Shown here: positions 51,510 to 64,000 of the stretch, in pieces | Position numbering within the stretch: position 1 is the stretch's first letter | How the letters are laid out: each line of letters opens with the position of its first letter | Assembly: GCA_002269645.1 (NCBI GenBank) | Contig: NIVC01000834.1 | Location: forward strand, 248,001 to 312,000 | DNA: 64,000 nt | Source of the DNA: Macrostomum lignano | Taxonomy: Eukaryota | Direction of reading: 5' to 3' | Notes under the pieces: model-generated | Databases searched by the model: none | What the model was told of the DNA's origin: nothing | Seen by the model: only the letters and a program-made list of their open reading frames with translations | Translations under genes and position numbers: made by a program

Positions 51510-52255
51510 CTCTCTCTTCTCTCTCCCCTCTCCTCTCTCAGCTCTCCTCTCTGCTCTCTCCTGTCTCATCCCTTATCTCTCCCCTCTCCCCTCTCCTCTC
51601 TCCTCTATCTTTTCTCCCCTCTCATGTCTCCTCTCTCCTCTCTCATTTCTCCTCTCTTCTCTCATATCTCATCTCTCATCTCTCCTCTCTATTTTCTCCC
51701 CTCTCATATCTCCCCTTTCTTTTCTCTCATCTCTCCTCTCTCCTCTCTCCTCTCTCCTCTCTGCTCTCTTCTCTCTCCTCTCTCCTCTCTCCTCTCTTCT
51801 CTCTCCTCTCTCCTCTCTCCTCTCTCCTCTCTTCTCTCTCCTCTCTCCTCTCTCCTCTCTCTTCTCTCCTCTCTCATCTCTCATCTCTATTTTCTCCCCT
51901 CTCATATCTCCTTTCTTTCTCTCATCTCTCCTCTCTCCTCTCTCCTCTCTCCTCTCTCCTCTCTCCTCTCTCCTCTCTCCTCTCTCCTCTCTTCTCTCTC
52001 CTCTCTCCTCTCTCCTCTCTCCTCTCTCCTCTCTCCTCTCTCTCTCTCTCCTCTCTCTCTCTCTCCTCTCTCCTCTCTCCTCTCTTCCTCTCTCTTCTCT
52101 TCTCTCTTCCCTCTCCTCTCTCCTCTCTCCTCTCTTCTCTCCTCTCTCCTCTCTCTCTCCCTCTCTCCTCTCTCCTCTCTCCTCTTTCCTCTCTCTTCTC
52201 TTCTCTCTCCCCTATATCCTGTATCCTCTCTCACCCTTCACCCCCTCCTCTCTTA
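51510..52255. repeat. CT-rich low-complexity repeat
   Basis: Direct reading. Confidence 0.93.
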
Positions 52256-53134
52256 TTTCACTTTCGTGTCAGTGTGCAATATTTATTTGCTCACCCCTCC
52301 CGAGCATCTGTTTTTGGCCATCTCATCTACCGCCAACTTGCGGCAAAAGTCCCCAGAGAGCTCAGCCCATAACACAAGCGTTGCCGATTAATGCAAGCCC
52401 TTGAGAATCAATTTAGCCAGCAGTGTAACTCGATCCCCAAAAATGAATCGACAACTAACAGCTGCACAGTCGAGCAGCAGTCTCCCTGAATCTCCCCTTC
52501 ATCATTGGACATAGCTGATTCGCCACAATCGACTGACAGCTAGCATCTCCACCCCGCAGCCCGATACGCTTCGATAAACTTGACAAGCAGCAAAAAATAC
52601 CTCATGTACCTCATATTATTATTGACAGCCAATAGAAATTGAGCTGGATTTGCTCAAACCGTCAGTATGCTCATGTGATGTTGATGTCCTGATCCTGCCG
52701 CTCCCCCCTCAGAGCGCCCTCCCCCCCAGGGAAATTCTGCGGATAGTTGAGAATCTTGAGATGCTGGGCTCAGGATGAAGAAACTGCAATGTATACAGTG
52801 TGTGGGAGCAGATATGCAGACTCAAGGCGGGCTTGGTTGAGGATCAGAACAGATCCGCGAATGGGGTCGATGGCGGATGACACCCGAGGGGCAGGCCGTT
52901 GCGGGGAATGAAGCAGACCGAGTGAGCACAGCTCTCCCGTGAGGACACGGGTCTTCTGCGGCTGAGAGATGATGGCGAGGAGGGAAGAGACTTGGTGGCT
53001 GTTTGGTTAGGAAAAATACAGGGGAAATATTTTTCGAGTAGGGGAACAGAGTAAATGGGTTGATGGATATAGAAAGAAATACATGTAGGTAGGTGTAGAT
53101 AGACTCCGAGAGGGATAGATAGACACCAAGATAG

Positions 53135-53425
53135 GCACAAGATAGAGAATGAGATAGACACGATTGAGAATGAGATAGACACGATTGAGAATGAGATAGA
53201 CACGATTGAGAATGAGATAGACACGATTGAGAATGAGATAGACACGATTGAGAATGAGATAGACACGATTGAGAATGAGATAGACACGATTGAGAATGAG
53301 ATAGACACGATTGAGAATGAGATAGACACGATTGAGAATGAGATAGACACGATTGAGAATGAGATAGACACGATTGAGAATGAGATAGACACGATTGAGA
53401 ATGAGATAGACATGACTGAGAATGA
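53135..53425. repeat. 21-bp minisatellite GAGATAGACACGATTGAGAAT, ~13 copies
   Basis: Near-perfect tandem units. Confidence 0.96.
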
Positions 53426-53774
53426 GACACGTGAGTGCAGATGCAGAGAGCCAGACTCAGCAGTAGAGATAAGCAACGGATTCGCGAACAGGAGTAAATT
53501 AGCAAATTCCCTACCAGTAAGGGAAGAGATTGAGATAGAGCACTTCCTGAACAGAGTTCAAGGCAAATATACCGCGATTAACATGGACTTTCAGTTCTCC
53601 CTCATCTTCACTCAATCCTTGCAGCTACAGCCACATACTATTCCTTGATTGCAAAACTGTGGGTCACTATTTTATGATGTACTTTTACTTTTAGGAACAG
53701 TCAATAGAAACTCGGTTTAGAAAATTATCTGTTGTTTCTCGAAATTTCAGCACAAAATGGATCCAAACAAGAGA

Positions 53775-54628
53775 ATAGAGAGGGAGAGGGAGAGGGAGAG
53801 AAGAGAGGAGGAGTAGGAGAGGGAGAGGGAGAGAAGAGAGGAGTAGGAGGGGGAGAGGGAGAGAAGCGAGGGGGAGAGGGAGAGGAAGACAAGCGAGGGG
53901 GAGAGGGAGAGGGAGAGGGAGAGAAGAGAGGAGGAGTTGGAGAGGGAGAGGGAGAGAAGAGAGGAGTAGGAGGGGGAGAGGGAGAGGAAGAGAAGCGAGG
54001 GGGAGAGGGAGAGGGAGAGGGAGAGGGAGAGAAGAGAGGAGGAGTTGGAGAGGGAGAGGGAGAGAAGAGAGGAGGAGTAGGAGAGGGAGAGGGAGAGAAG
54101 AGAGGAGTAGGAGGGGGAGAGGGAGAGGAAGAGAAGCGAGGGGGAGAGGGAGAGGGAGAGGAAGAGAAGCGAGGGGGAGAGGGAGAGGGAGAGGGAGAGA
54201 AGAGAGGAGGAGTAGGAGAGGGAGAGGCAGAGAAGCGAGGGGGAGAGGCAGAGAAGCGAGGGGGAGAGGCAGAGAAGCGAGGGGGAGAGGGAGAGAAGCG
54301 AGGGGGAGAGGGAGAGAAGCGAGGGGGAGAGGCAGAGAAGCGAGGGGGAGAGGCAGAGAAGCGAGGGGGAGAGAGGGAGAGAAGCGAGGGGGAGAGAGAG
54401 AGAGAAGCGAGGGGGAGAGGCAGAGAAGCGAGGGGGAGAGAGAGAGAGAAGCGAGGGGGAGAGGGAGAGAGAGAGAAGCGAGGGGGAGAGGCAGAGAAGC
54501 GAGGGGGAGAGAGGGAGAGAAGCGAGGGGGAGAGGGAGAGAAGCGAGGGGGAGAGGCAGAGAAGCGAGGGGGAGAGGCAGAGAAGCGAGGGGGAGAGAGG
54601 GAGAGAAGCGAGGGGGAGAGGGAGAGGC
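53775..54628. repeat. GA-rich minisatellite (GAGAAGCGAGGGGGAGAGG variants)
   Basis: Direct reading. Confidence 0.93.
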
Positions 54629-55475
54629 AGTAGTTCTAGGCATCAATAGTGAATCAAATATTCGCGGCAACTGCAGATGACGTGCCCGTGATATTGGTCA
54701 CTGAAATTTGAAATCGGGACATGCAGCAGACGGCAGCTAAAATATATTAGCAAAGCCTATTGAAGAATTCCCACACAATCTGAGTCGCCTGGGATGACTG
54801 CCCTCCCTCAATTGCTGATGCACAATTATTGCTACAGATCTGTTGGGATTGGGTAAAATAATTTCCCAAGGAAATTATAGGGAAATGAGAAGAAGAGGAG
54901 GCGATGATGTGGGTGAAATGATGAAGCCTCGGTCGGGGTTATTTTCAGTCCTCTCTGATCCTCACGTCGCCAGCGTTCTGTCCCCCAGAATTTCCTGGTC
55001 GAATCGAGTGCAGGTCTTTGTGGGCGCATTTCTCAGCCCCCCCCCCACAGCCTCATCATGCTGTACTAATCTGGAAATTAGGAAATTCTGAAATCTTTAA
55101 GCTCGTGTAGTGCATGCGCCTTTGTCAGTTGGCAGGGCGCGTTGCACTTTGGGGCTGGTTGGGGGGGGTTGGCGGGCGTGGCAGGGTCTGGCCGCCGGCC
55201 GGGCTTTGCGCGTGCCCCTCCCCAGCCGTGCCCCTGCCCCGTGCTCAGGGCTGGTTGGCTGCGGCCGGGCCAGCTTTGGCGTGGGTGCGGCCCCTCCCCC
55301 CCTAGGCGGGGTTTTGATTGGCTGGCCGGCGCGGCCAGTCTCTTTTTTGTTGGGGTAGCTTGTTTGGGTGGGCTTAGCCGGTGGGGCCATCGGCTCCAGG
55401 GTTTGATTATTATTTAATGCGGCTCTGGGCCTTGCTCACGCCCTTCTCACGATTCTCGACCCACCTGGAACAATT

Positions 55476-55693
55476 TGTATTCTTGAGCAAGGCACTTAAC
55501 TCTGCAATTGCTTCAGCTCACCCAGCTGTAAAATGGGTGCCAGCATTAGCTGGGGTAATTGAGGGTGTGTGTGGGGTGTAGCGACCCCCCAGTCCTTGGA
55601 CTGAACAGCCGTACGCAGCCTTCAGATGCGCCGCGCAATAGCTGCGGCTGAGCTGTCGGTTGCACGTCTACCCATTCGGAGACGTGTAATCAA
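55476..55693 (+). mobile_element. CORE-SINE-like fragment
   Basis: TCTTGAGCAAGGCACTTAACTCT..CTGTAAAATGGG resembles the MIR/CORE consensus CCTTGGGCAAGTCACTTAACCTCT..CTGTAAAATGGG; inverted second copy nearby. Confidence 0.62.
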
Positions 55694-56584
55694 TTTGTTG
55701 TGTTTTTTCTGCAAAACACTTGTCGATACTTTAATCTATTTGATAAAGCTTATTTGTTATGATTTTTTTGCAAAGTGTTAAAAAAATTCTTAATTTAGAT
55801 TCAGATTCTTTTAACTTCTGCGAGCGTAAATTTGTATTTTTAATAGAAGTCTGGGACAGCCAGCCCCAGCTCATGGCCCATGCCTGGATCAGACACTCCA
55901 TCCATCACCTCATCCTCAATCAATTTGTCGAAATCCCAATATGCAATACAGCATATGTTCATAGCATCGACATAGACAGGAAATTCTCCTCAAGGGAGCC
56001 GTGAGTTACGTAACCAATGACCAATATAGGTTTTTTGGGGGGTAAGAGACGCCTCTTGAGGACCGCAAATGGAGCTCAGATCTGCAGCAGCACTCTCTAT
56101 TCGTGTATACGTACCTGACCCACTCATCCCGTAGTTGCGTGTTCGGCGGTATTATGACTGTGAGAATGAAGCATCTGACATCAGCATATATATTAAATGC
56201 CAGCTCTGATTGTGTGTGGCTTATAGCTTCGCTAATATTCATATTTATATCGCTAGCAGAAGCAGGAGATCGAAAAGAGAAAATGAAACCACAACCTCTT
56301 ATTGGGTTACATCTTCTCCTGGAAGTCGTAAAATTTGATTCCGAATGCTGCAGACTCTCTTCTACTGTGCTATACTATGATGATGGTGATGACAAACCCA
56401 AACATCTGGACCAGTTTTCGGTTACAGATTGGTGTGCCCACAAATTGTCCAGAAATCAGGTGCCGCCAGTAGATTGAGACAGAACGGGTTTTAACAAATT
56501 TTATCAAGCAATTTTCGATGCGGACCTCTGACTATAAAATCGAAGTTCATTTGGAGTTACAAAGTTACTTTAACTGAATTTAAT

Positions 56585-56796
56585 AATTGATTACACCTGT
56601 CTTAATGGGCAGATGTGCAACGGACAGCTCAGCCGCAGCTATTGCGCGGCGCATGTGAAGGCTGCGTACGGCTGTTCAGTCCAAGGACTGCGGGGGTCGC
56701 CACACACCCTCAATTACCCCAGCTAATGCTGGCACCCATTTTACAGCTGGGTGAACTGAAGCAATTGCAGAGTTAAGTGTCTTGCTCAAGGACACA
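56585..56796 (-). mobile_element. CORE-SINE-like fragment, inverted copy
   Basis: Reverse complement of 55476-55693 with moderate divergence. Confidence 0.62.
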
Positions 56797-57204
56797 ATCA
56801 ACATATAATCTACTTTGCAGCTTCCCAGTCCACGCTGCTACTAAATTTAGTAGTCCATGACTCAGCTGGGTTATGAAGCAGCAATCGTTACTTGTTGAAG
56901 TAGGTATCGAATTCCAAGAAAAGCCCACGAACGAAGGGGTAAGGGTGGGGGGTTTCCTGACTCCAACCTCTTCTAGCTGAAAGTCGTGTGTACACGGAAA
57001 TTCTGCTACAATCAAGAATTCCGGCGTTTTGCCAACTGCAACAGGCATATAGTTCGTAAGCTATGCTCGAAGCAATTAAGTCCAAGTCCAAGTAGCTTGC
57101 TCAGTTTTAGGGCCAGAAATTATAGCCTTAGGAGGTTAATTAGTGCTTTGTCTGCTCAGATGATCGTCTTGTGAGCAATTAACTGCCGCGATTTGCCCTG
57201 TGTA

Positions 57205-57697
57205 CCTCTTAGTTTCTCTCTGTTATCTCTCTGTTTATCTCTCTGTTTATCTCTCTGTTTATCTCTCTGGTTCTCTCTGTTATCTCTGTTTCTCTCTCTG
57301 TTTATCTCTGTTTATCTCTCTGTTTATCTCTCTGTTTATCTCTCTGGTTCTCTCTGTTATCTCTGTTTCTCTCTCTGTTTATCTCTGTTTATCTCTCTGT
57401 TTATCTCTCTGTTTATCTCTCTGTTTATCTCTCTGGTTCTCTCTGGTTCTCTCTGGTTCTCTCTGTTATCTCTGTTTATCTCTGTTTATCTCTCTGTTTA
57501 TCTCTCTGTTTATCTCTCTGGTTCTCTCTGTTATCTCTGTTTCTCTCTCCGTTTATCTCTGTTTATCTCTCTGTTTATCTCTCTGGTTCTCTCTGGTTCT
57601 CTCTGGTTCTCTCTGTTATCTCTGTTTATCTCTGTTTATCTCTCTGTTTATCTCTCTGTTTATCTCTCTGTTTATCTCTCTGTTTATCTCTTTATCT
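57205..57697. repeat. CT-rich minisatellite (CTCTGTTTATCT variants)
   Basis: Direct reading. Confidence 0.93.
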
Positions 57698-58084
57698 CCC
57701 CGTATGCAAGTAAAATACATAATCATATTCATATTTTTACAACAGGTCCAAACACACAGACACGAATTTCTTGATTAAATATACTTAGTTTGAAAGCTCT
57801 ACAAGATTCACCTACTTGTTTAACTTGGAACTCAGAACCCACTTACCCAATCATGTAATTAAAGGTACTTAAGTGATTTCGCCTGAATAAGTTCGATTAC
57901 AACTACTTTTTGCACTTCCTTCTATTTTCCATTCCAGATTTCTCACTGAGAGGTCTTTTCTTAAGTGAGGAATGTCTTCAAAATTTTAATTGTTCTTCTA
58001 AGTGGTTTTTACAAGCGTGCAAAAAATTTTGGCAGACAACTTCTTTCTTAATTAGCATCTCTTTTGCCTGTTATAAATGCTCAT

Positions 58085-58695
58085 TATAGCTGTTTACCTG
58101 TAATCTATGAGTCTGTTTACCTGTTATCTCTGAGTCTGTTTATTAGTAATCTATGAGTCTGTTTATTAGTAATCTATGAGTCTGTTTATTAGTAATCTAT
58201 GAGTCTGTTTATTAGTAATCTATGAGTCTGTTTATTTGTAATCTATGAGTCTGTTTATTAGTAATCTATGAGTCTGTTTATTAGTAATCTATGAGTCTGT
58301 TTATTAGTAATCTATGAGTCTGTTTATTTGTAATCTATGAGTCTGTTTATTAGTAATCTATGAGTCTGTTTATTAGTAATCTATGAGTCTGTTTATTAGT
58401 AATCTATGAGTCTGTTTATTAGTAATCTATGAGTCTGTTTATTAGTAATCTATGAGTCTGTTTATTAGTAATCTATGAGTCTGTTTATTAGTAATCTATG
58501 AGCCTGTTTATTAGTAATCTATGAGTCTGTTTATTAGTAATCTATGAGTCTGTTTATTTGTAATCTATGAGTCTGTTTATTAGTAATCTATGAGCCTGTT
58601 TATTAGTAATCTATGAGTCTGTTTATTAGTAATCTATGAGTCTGTTTATTTGTAATCTATGAGTCTGTTTATCTACAATCGCTGAGTCTGTTTAC
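58085..58695. repeat. 23-bp minisatellite TATTAGTAATCTATGAGTCTGTT
   Basis: About 25 tandem units just inside the first anosmin intron. Confidence 0.96.
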
Positions 58696-58723
58696 CCAGC
58701 CGACTCCACTCTAATTTACTCAC

Positions 58724-58912
58724 CCTACTGCTGGCACTCCTGGCCATCAGATCCTCGGCAAAGGCCTGAAGGCAGGTGGCGGCCACTTGGCCCTGCGCCA
58801 AGGTGAGGTGAGACGGCCAGGTTGGCGAAGAGCCCCTGCGTTCCAGAGCGAAGCAGCCGCTCCTCGAAGCAATTAGCACAGAAAGAATAAAGAAAAAGCA
58901 AAATGTTGGCAT
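58724..58912 (-). CDS. ANOS1: Probable first coding exon of the anosmin-1 homologue (signal peptide MPTFCFFFILSVLIASRSGCFA..)
   Basis: ATG, hydrophobic signal peptide, AATCLQ comparable to ASRCLS; donor AGG|GTGAGT, phase 0 matching 50274. Linkage across the 8.4-kb intron is inferred. Confidence 0.65.
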
Positions 58913-59282
58913 ACTTCAGCGGATACTCTATGCTTCAGGGATGTCCAGTATAATAAAAAGCTCAAATCATAGCAGGCAGTTCCCTTCTTTAGTGTAATTC
59001 TCTGCCATCCTCTTTCAGCTCTCGACTGTGGAAAGCTTTTTTACGCCGGCCTCTCCGACCTGTCCCTGCAGAAATATCCCCCCCTCTCCCAGCCTCGTCA
59101 CCCAATGAGGCCGCAGATTTCAATGCAGGCCGATTCTGATTGGCCAACAAGAAACTGCTAGTAAATTAAAGATTTTTTATAAGAATACAATCATCTGTTA
59201 ACATTGATTTTGTGTTCGTTACAATTGCCTAGCTATATGATTTTGGATTTTCAATTGTAGCTATTGCTTTTTGAGGGATATT

Positions 59283-59475
59283 TGCTATTTGGGGGATGCT
59301 TGCCATCTGGGGGATGCTTGCTATCTGGGGGATGCTTGCTATCTGGGGGATGCTTGCTATCTGGGGGATGCTTGCTATCTGGGGGATGCTTGCTATCTGG
59401 GGGTTGCTTGCTATCTGGGGGATGCTTGCTATATGGGGGATGCTTGCTATCTGGGGGATGCTTGCTATCTGGGGT
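59283..59475. repeat. 18-bp minisatellite GGGGATGCTTGCTATCTG
   Basis: About 10 copies. Confidence 0.95.
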
Positions 59476-60239
59476 GCTTTCTATTTAGAGGGGATGCCTG
59501 CTATCTCTGTGAAGGCTTTATTTTATTGTGTCCTGTTGTTTCTTTTAGAAAAGAGATTAATAGCAAACATCTTTGACCGCAACAATTTTACTCGAATAAG
59601 TGATTTTTAAAAGGGAATTATGAATTGGTTCTTAAGAAAATTTAAGATAAGAAGAAGAAATAAGTGTACATGCTTGATAATTAGAAAGTAGGGGGCTGCG
59701 GGACCATGTCGCAGAGAGGACCCAGACCCGCAGCCCTCTTGAAAATAGTTAATTTTTTTAATTATTCCGGCAGACGCGCGCGCCAACTTTTAATATCGAA
59801 ATCTTGACGACGCTTTCATGGACCAGAGTCACCAGACCCAATTCGTATGCAGAAAGTTTTTAATTTAATGCGCTAACAGCAGCCAGTGGTGACTCACTCA
59901 GCACTAAAAGCAGCAAAGTGAATCTCTATACCTCAGCAGGGGGCAGCCAGCATCCAAGCAACTGAAGCGTCGGAGACAAAGACATCCAATAGTAGGCGTG
60001 ACAAAGACGACCAGACACTTAAATTTACAACTTGCAACAATTCTACTCTGGGCACGGGCCAAATAATAAAAGTTGTTAAAAAGCGCGCTGAAGTGGATTG
60101 AGAGCCGTGATGAAGAGCCGGGGCCAAAGAAGTGAAATTCATAAAAAAATTTCGACCCAGTTTTTGGAACAGGGAACCCCTGCCAGGGAGACCCACAAGC
60201 AGAGTCTGGACTGTTGTTCGAACAGACAGAGGCCGCCCA

Positions 60240-61385
60240 CGCCCACCAAGAGCCAGGGGCGCCCACCAAGAGAGACAGGGGCGCCCACCAAGAGACAGGG
60301 GCGCCCACCAAGAGACAGGGGCGCCCACCAAGAGAGACAGGGGCGCCCACCAAGAGACAGGGGCGCCCACCAAGAGACAGGGGCGCCCACCAAGAGACAG
60401 GGGCGCCCACCAAGAGACAGGGGCGCCCACCAAGAGACAGGGGCGCCCACCGAGAGACAGGGGCGCCCACCAAGAGAGACAGGGGCGCCCACCAAGAGAG
60501 ACAGGGGCGCCCACCAAGAGAGACAGGGGCGCCCACCAAGAGACAGGGGCGCCCACCAAGAGAGACAGGGGCGCCCACCAAGAGACAGGGGCGCCCACCA
60601 AGAGAGACAGGGGCGCCCACCAAGAGACAGGGGCGCCCACCAAGAGACAGGGGCGCCCACCAAGAGAGATAGGGGCGCCCACCAAGAGAGACAGGGGCGC
60701 CCACCAAGATAGACAGGGGCACTCACCAAGAGACAGGGGCGCCCGCAAGAGACAGAGGCGCCCAGCAAGAGACAGGGGCGCCCACCAAGAGGAGACAGGG
60801 GCGCCCACCAAGAGACAGGGGCGCCCACCGAGAGACAGGGGCGCCCACCGAGAGACAGGGGCGCCCACCAAGAGACAGGGGCGCCCACCAAGAGGAGACA
60901 GGAGCGCCCACCAAGAGACAGGGGCGCCCACCAAGAAACTGGAGCGCCACAACAAGAGACAGGAGCGCCACCCACCAAGAGACAGGAGCGCCACCCACCA
61001 AGAGACAGGAGCACCACCCACCAAGAGACAGGGGCGCCCACCAAGAAACTGGAGCGCCACAACAAGAGACAGGAGCGCCACCCACCAAGAAACTGGAGCG
61101 CCACACCAAGAGACAGGAGCGCCACCCACCAAGAAACTGGAGCGCCACAACAAGAGACAGGAGCGCCACCCACCAAGAAACTGGAGCGCCACAACAAGAG
61201 ACAGGAGCGCCACCCACCAAGAAACTGGAGCGCCACACCAAGAGACAGGAGCGCCACCCACCAAGAGACAGGAGCGCCACACCAAGAGACAGGAGCGCCA
61301 CCCACTAAGAGACAGGGGCGCCCACGAAGAGAGAGGGGCGCCCACGAAGAGAGACAGGGGCGCCCGCAAGAGACAGGGGCGCCAA
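60240..61385. repeat. 20-22-bp minisatellite GAGACAGGGGCGCCCACCAA grading into AGGAGCGCCAC/AACTGGAGCGCC variants
   Basis: Direct reading. Confidence 0.95.
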
Positions 61386-61929
61386 CTTTCTTCCAACTAG
61401 ACCAAAATGTAGAACTCCTATACCAAAACCAATTTTGAGTACAGGCCTATTGGTTCAAATTTTCGTGTGGAAAACCGCAGTCATGCAGACGACGAATCGT
61501 CACTCCAAGTCAGCCGATTCTGCAGGATCTCCCTGGCCCTCGCGCCGCCGAAGATGAAAAATTTTCAATTACGGAGTTTCAGCCAGGCACCCCGCTGAGC
61601 GCCCCCCCCACGCGCAGGCAGCTCTTATTATCCGCAGTCTCAATTAAGCAAATGTGACAGCGCGGATTCCTCTCTGCCTCAAAATATTCTGGCAAGCATT
61701 TTCTAGACTGACCCCAGTGCCCCAGCCATAAGTCGGCACGCGAACCCTCCAGCCAACGCATGGTCTGGAAGTTGCTGATCAGAGAGAGTCGGAGAGATGG
61801 GGAGTGGGGACAGTAAGTGGCGGACCAGGCTGACCCAAACCGTGTGACGTGTGAAAAATAAATGCAATGAGCTGCTCATTAACTTCCTGCACCATTGCAG
61901 ATCTACTTGGCTGTGCTTCAGGCTCTGTC

Positions 61930-62106
61930 AGTCTCCCCTCTCCCTCTCACGCTCCCCTCTCTCTCAGTCTCACTCTCCCTCTACCCTCTTCTCCCTCTTA
62001 CTCTCCCATCTCCCTCAGTCTCACTCTCCCATCTCCCTCAGTCTCACTCTCCCATCTCCCTCTCCCTCAGTCTCCCTCTCTCATCTCCCTTTCTCTCACT
62101 CTCCCA

Positions 62107-62175
<69 letters not shown>

Positions 62176-62820
62176 CTCACTCTCTTATCTCCCTCTCCCT
62201 CAATCTCACTCTCCCATCTTCTTCTCCCTCAGTCTCACTCTCCCATCTCCCTTTCTCTCAGTCTCACTCTCCATCTCCCTCTCCCTCAGTCTCACTCTCC
62301 ATCTCCCTCTCCCTCAGTCTCACTCTCCATCTCCCTCTCCCTCAGTCTCACTCTCCATCTCCCTATCCCTCAGTCTCACTCTCCTTCTCCCTCTCCCTCA
62401 GTCTCACTCTCCATCTCCCTCTCCCTCAGTCTCACTCTCCATCTCCCTCTCCCTCAGTCTCACTCTCCATCTCCCTCTCGCTCAGTCTCACTCTCCCTCT
62501 CCCTCAGTCTCACTCTCTCTTCTCCCTCTCCCTCAGTCTCACTCTCCCTCTCCCTCAGTCTCACTCTCTCCTCTCCCTCAGTCTCACTCTCCCTCTCCCT
62601 CAGTCTCAGTCTCCCATCTCCCTCAGTCTCACTCTCACTCACTCTCCTCAGTCTCACTCTCCCTCTCCCTCAGTCTCAGTCTCCCATCTCCCTCAATCTC
62701 ACTCTCCCATCTTCTTCTCCCTCAGTCTCACTCTCCCATCTCCCTTTCTCTCAGTCTCACTCTCCCATCTCCCTCTCCCTCTCCCTCAGTCTCACTCTCC
62801 CATCTCCCTCTCCCTCCCAC
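61930..62820. repeat. CT-rich minisatellite (CTCCCTCAGTCTCACTCTCCAT variants) including a (CT)n tract
   Basis: Direct reading. Confidence 0.93.
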
Positions 62821-63097
62821 TCACAACTTCAAGCAAAAAAACTTCAAAACGGAACTGGGAGTCAAGATCAGTGAAGAAAAGAGCAAGAACCCAGCAACAC
62901 AGCATAAAGTTTCATAGCAGATGACGGCAATGCGCTGTGGCTATATAATCAATAGTTAACAGAAGACATAAGCATCATTCAAATTTATTAAACTGAAAAA
63001 AACTTGAATCTTACACAAGCAAGTCAGTCGCAGGCACTTGAGTTGACAAATAAATAAATAAACAACAAGCAAGCAAACTTGCCAAGATGAAGGTACA

Positions 63098-63099
<2 letters not shown>

Positions 63100-63132
<33 letters not shown>

Positions 63133-63137
63133 TGTGT
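63100..63137. repeat. (GT)n microsatellite
   Basis: Direct reading. Confidence 0.95.
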
Positions 63138-63760
63138 AATAACTGGGCTGGCACAAACTCATTTGAATACAGAATTTAAGCTAATACGTCATAAAAAAAA
63201 CAAAAATGGTGCTGGATATTTCTGGCGATATTTGAAATTTTGAAACCCGCAGGCGTAAACATTTATTATAACAAAAATACAAAAAATCAATATTTAAACT
63301 ACAGTAAAAATGACAACTATAACGGCACAGCAAGCTGATGATGACAGCAACAGCTCATAAAATAATTATTTTATTTAATAAATCACAAGTCAAAGATAAT
63401 ATCTTGGTTGCACTGCGATGGAATGTAAGAACGGTTAGTCAAATAAAAAAATCAGCACACAGCCAAATGAGATTCTCTTTTCAAATTTAAACTGGTGCCA
63501 AAAAGTGCACAATAGAAGCATTATTAAAAAACGCATAAAGCAACAAAATGTGTTTAAAAATGTAGTTAGCTGTTTCAATAAAAATTTCTGCCACCAAAAG
63601 CAAAGCATAAGCAGAAATTTGGAATCCATCAGCTGCAGTCAGTGCACTTTTATATTTACAATACAAGTAGGGATCAGAGCTTCCATGGGATTTAAAACTT
63701 AACCTGCTAGTTGGATTGACCAAACAATTTTGGGACATTTTTTGCCGAACTTAAAACAAC

Positions 63761-64000
63761 CAGAATGGGATAATTATCCCAAAAATCCCCTCCCCCAATC
63801 AGAATGAGATTATTATCCCAAAATCCCCTCTTTTAATCAGAATGGGTTAATTATTTTGAAATCCCGTCTTTTAATCAGAATGGGATAGTTATCCTAAAAA
63901 TCCCCTCCCACATTCAGAATGGGATAATTATCCCAGAAATCCCCTCCGACATTCAGAATGGGATAACTATCCCAGAAATCCCCTCCCACATTCAGAATGG
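63761..64000. repeat. 38-39-bp tandem repeat with a palindromic core GGGATAATTATCCC, cut by the window end
   Basis: Unit starts at 63761, 63800, 63838, 63876, 63915, 63954, 63993. Confidence 0.9.

Noticed and set aside
55097-55417. GC-rich segment with short ORFs on both strands
   Set aside because: Low-complexity translations, no splice context; may be regulatory or transposon-derived but unsupported.
56103-56477. 124-aa ORF between the SINE fragments
   Set aside because: No recognisable domain, no coding-like codon bias, no consistent splice sites.
59904-61400. 272-487-aa overlapping ORFs on both strands
   Set aside because: Mostly translation of the GGGGCGCC minisatellite; the unique ends show no family signal.

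Overview
Repeat-saturated eukaryotic (metazoan) genomic DNA with spliceosomal GT-AG introns; no prokaryotic features. Roughly half or more is tandem repeat, and nearly all long ORFs in the supplied track are repeat artefacts. The style (almost every intron filled by its own minisatellite) resembles the flatworm Macrostomum; this taxon guess is inference only. Three genes were assembled by hand with consistent splice phases. (1) A 93-aa secreted neuropeptide-precursor-like gene on the minus strand (exons 11913-11841 and 1562-1354): signal peptide plus four FADY tetrapeptides between KR/KKR sites, split by a 10.3-kb intron holding a ~20-bp G-rich satellite and a 1.55-kb non-autonomous LTR element. 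(2) A 783-aa multipass membrane protein of unrecognised family on the plus strand (19647-26673), whose last exon is tandemly duplicated (31209-32147). (3) An anosmin-1/KAL-1 homologue on the minus strand (58912-35539): signal peptide, Cys box, WAP, 4x FN3. Also present: an internally deleted Tc1/mariner-type element, an inverted pair of CORE-SINE-like fragments and about 30 tandem arrays. All splice models and family calls are manual and were not checked against databases or RNA data.
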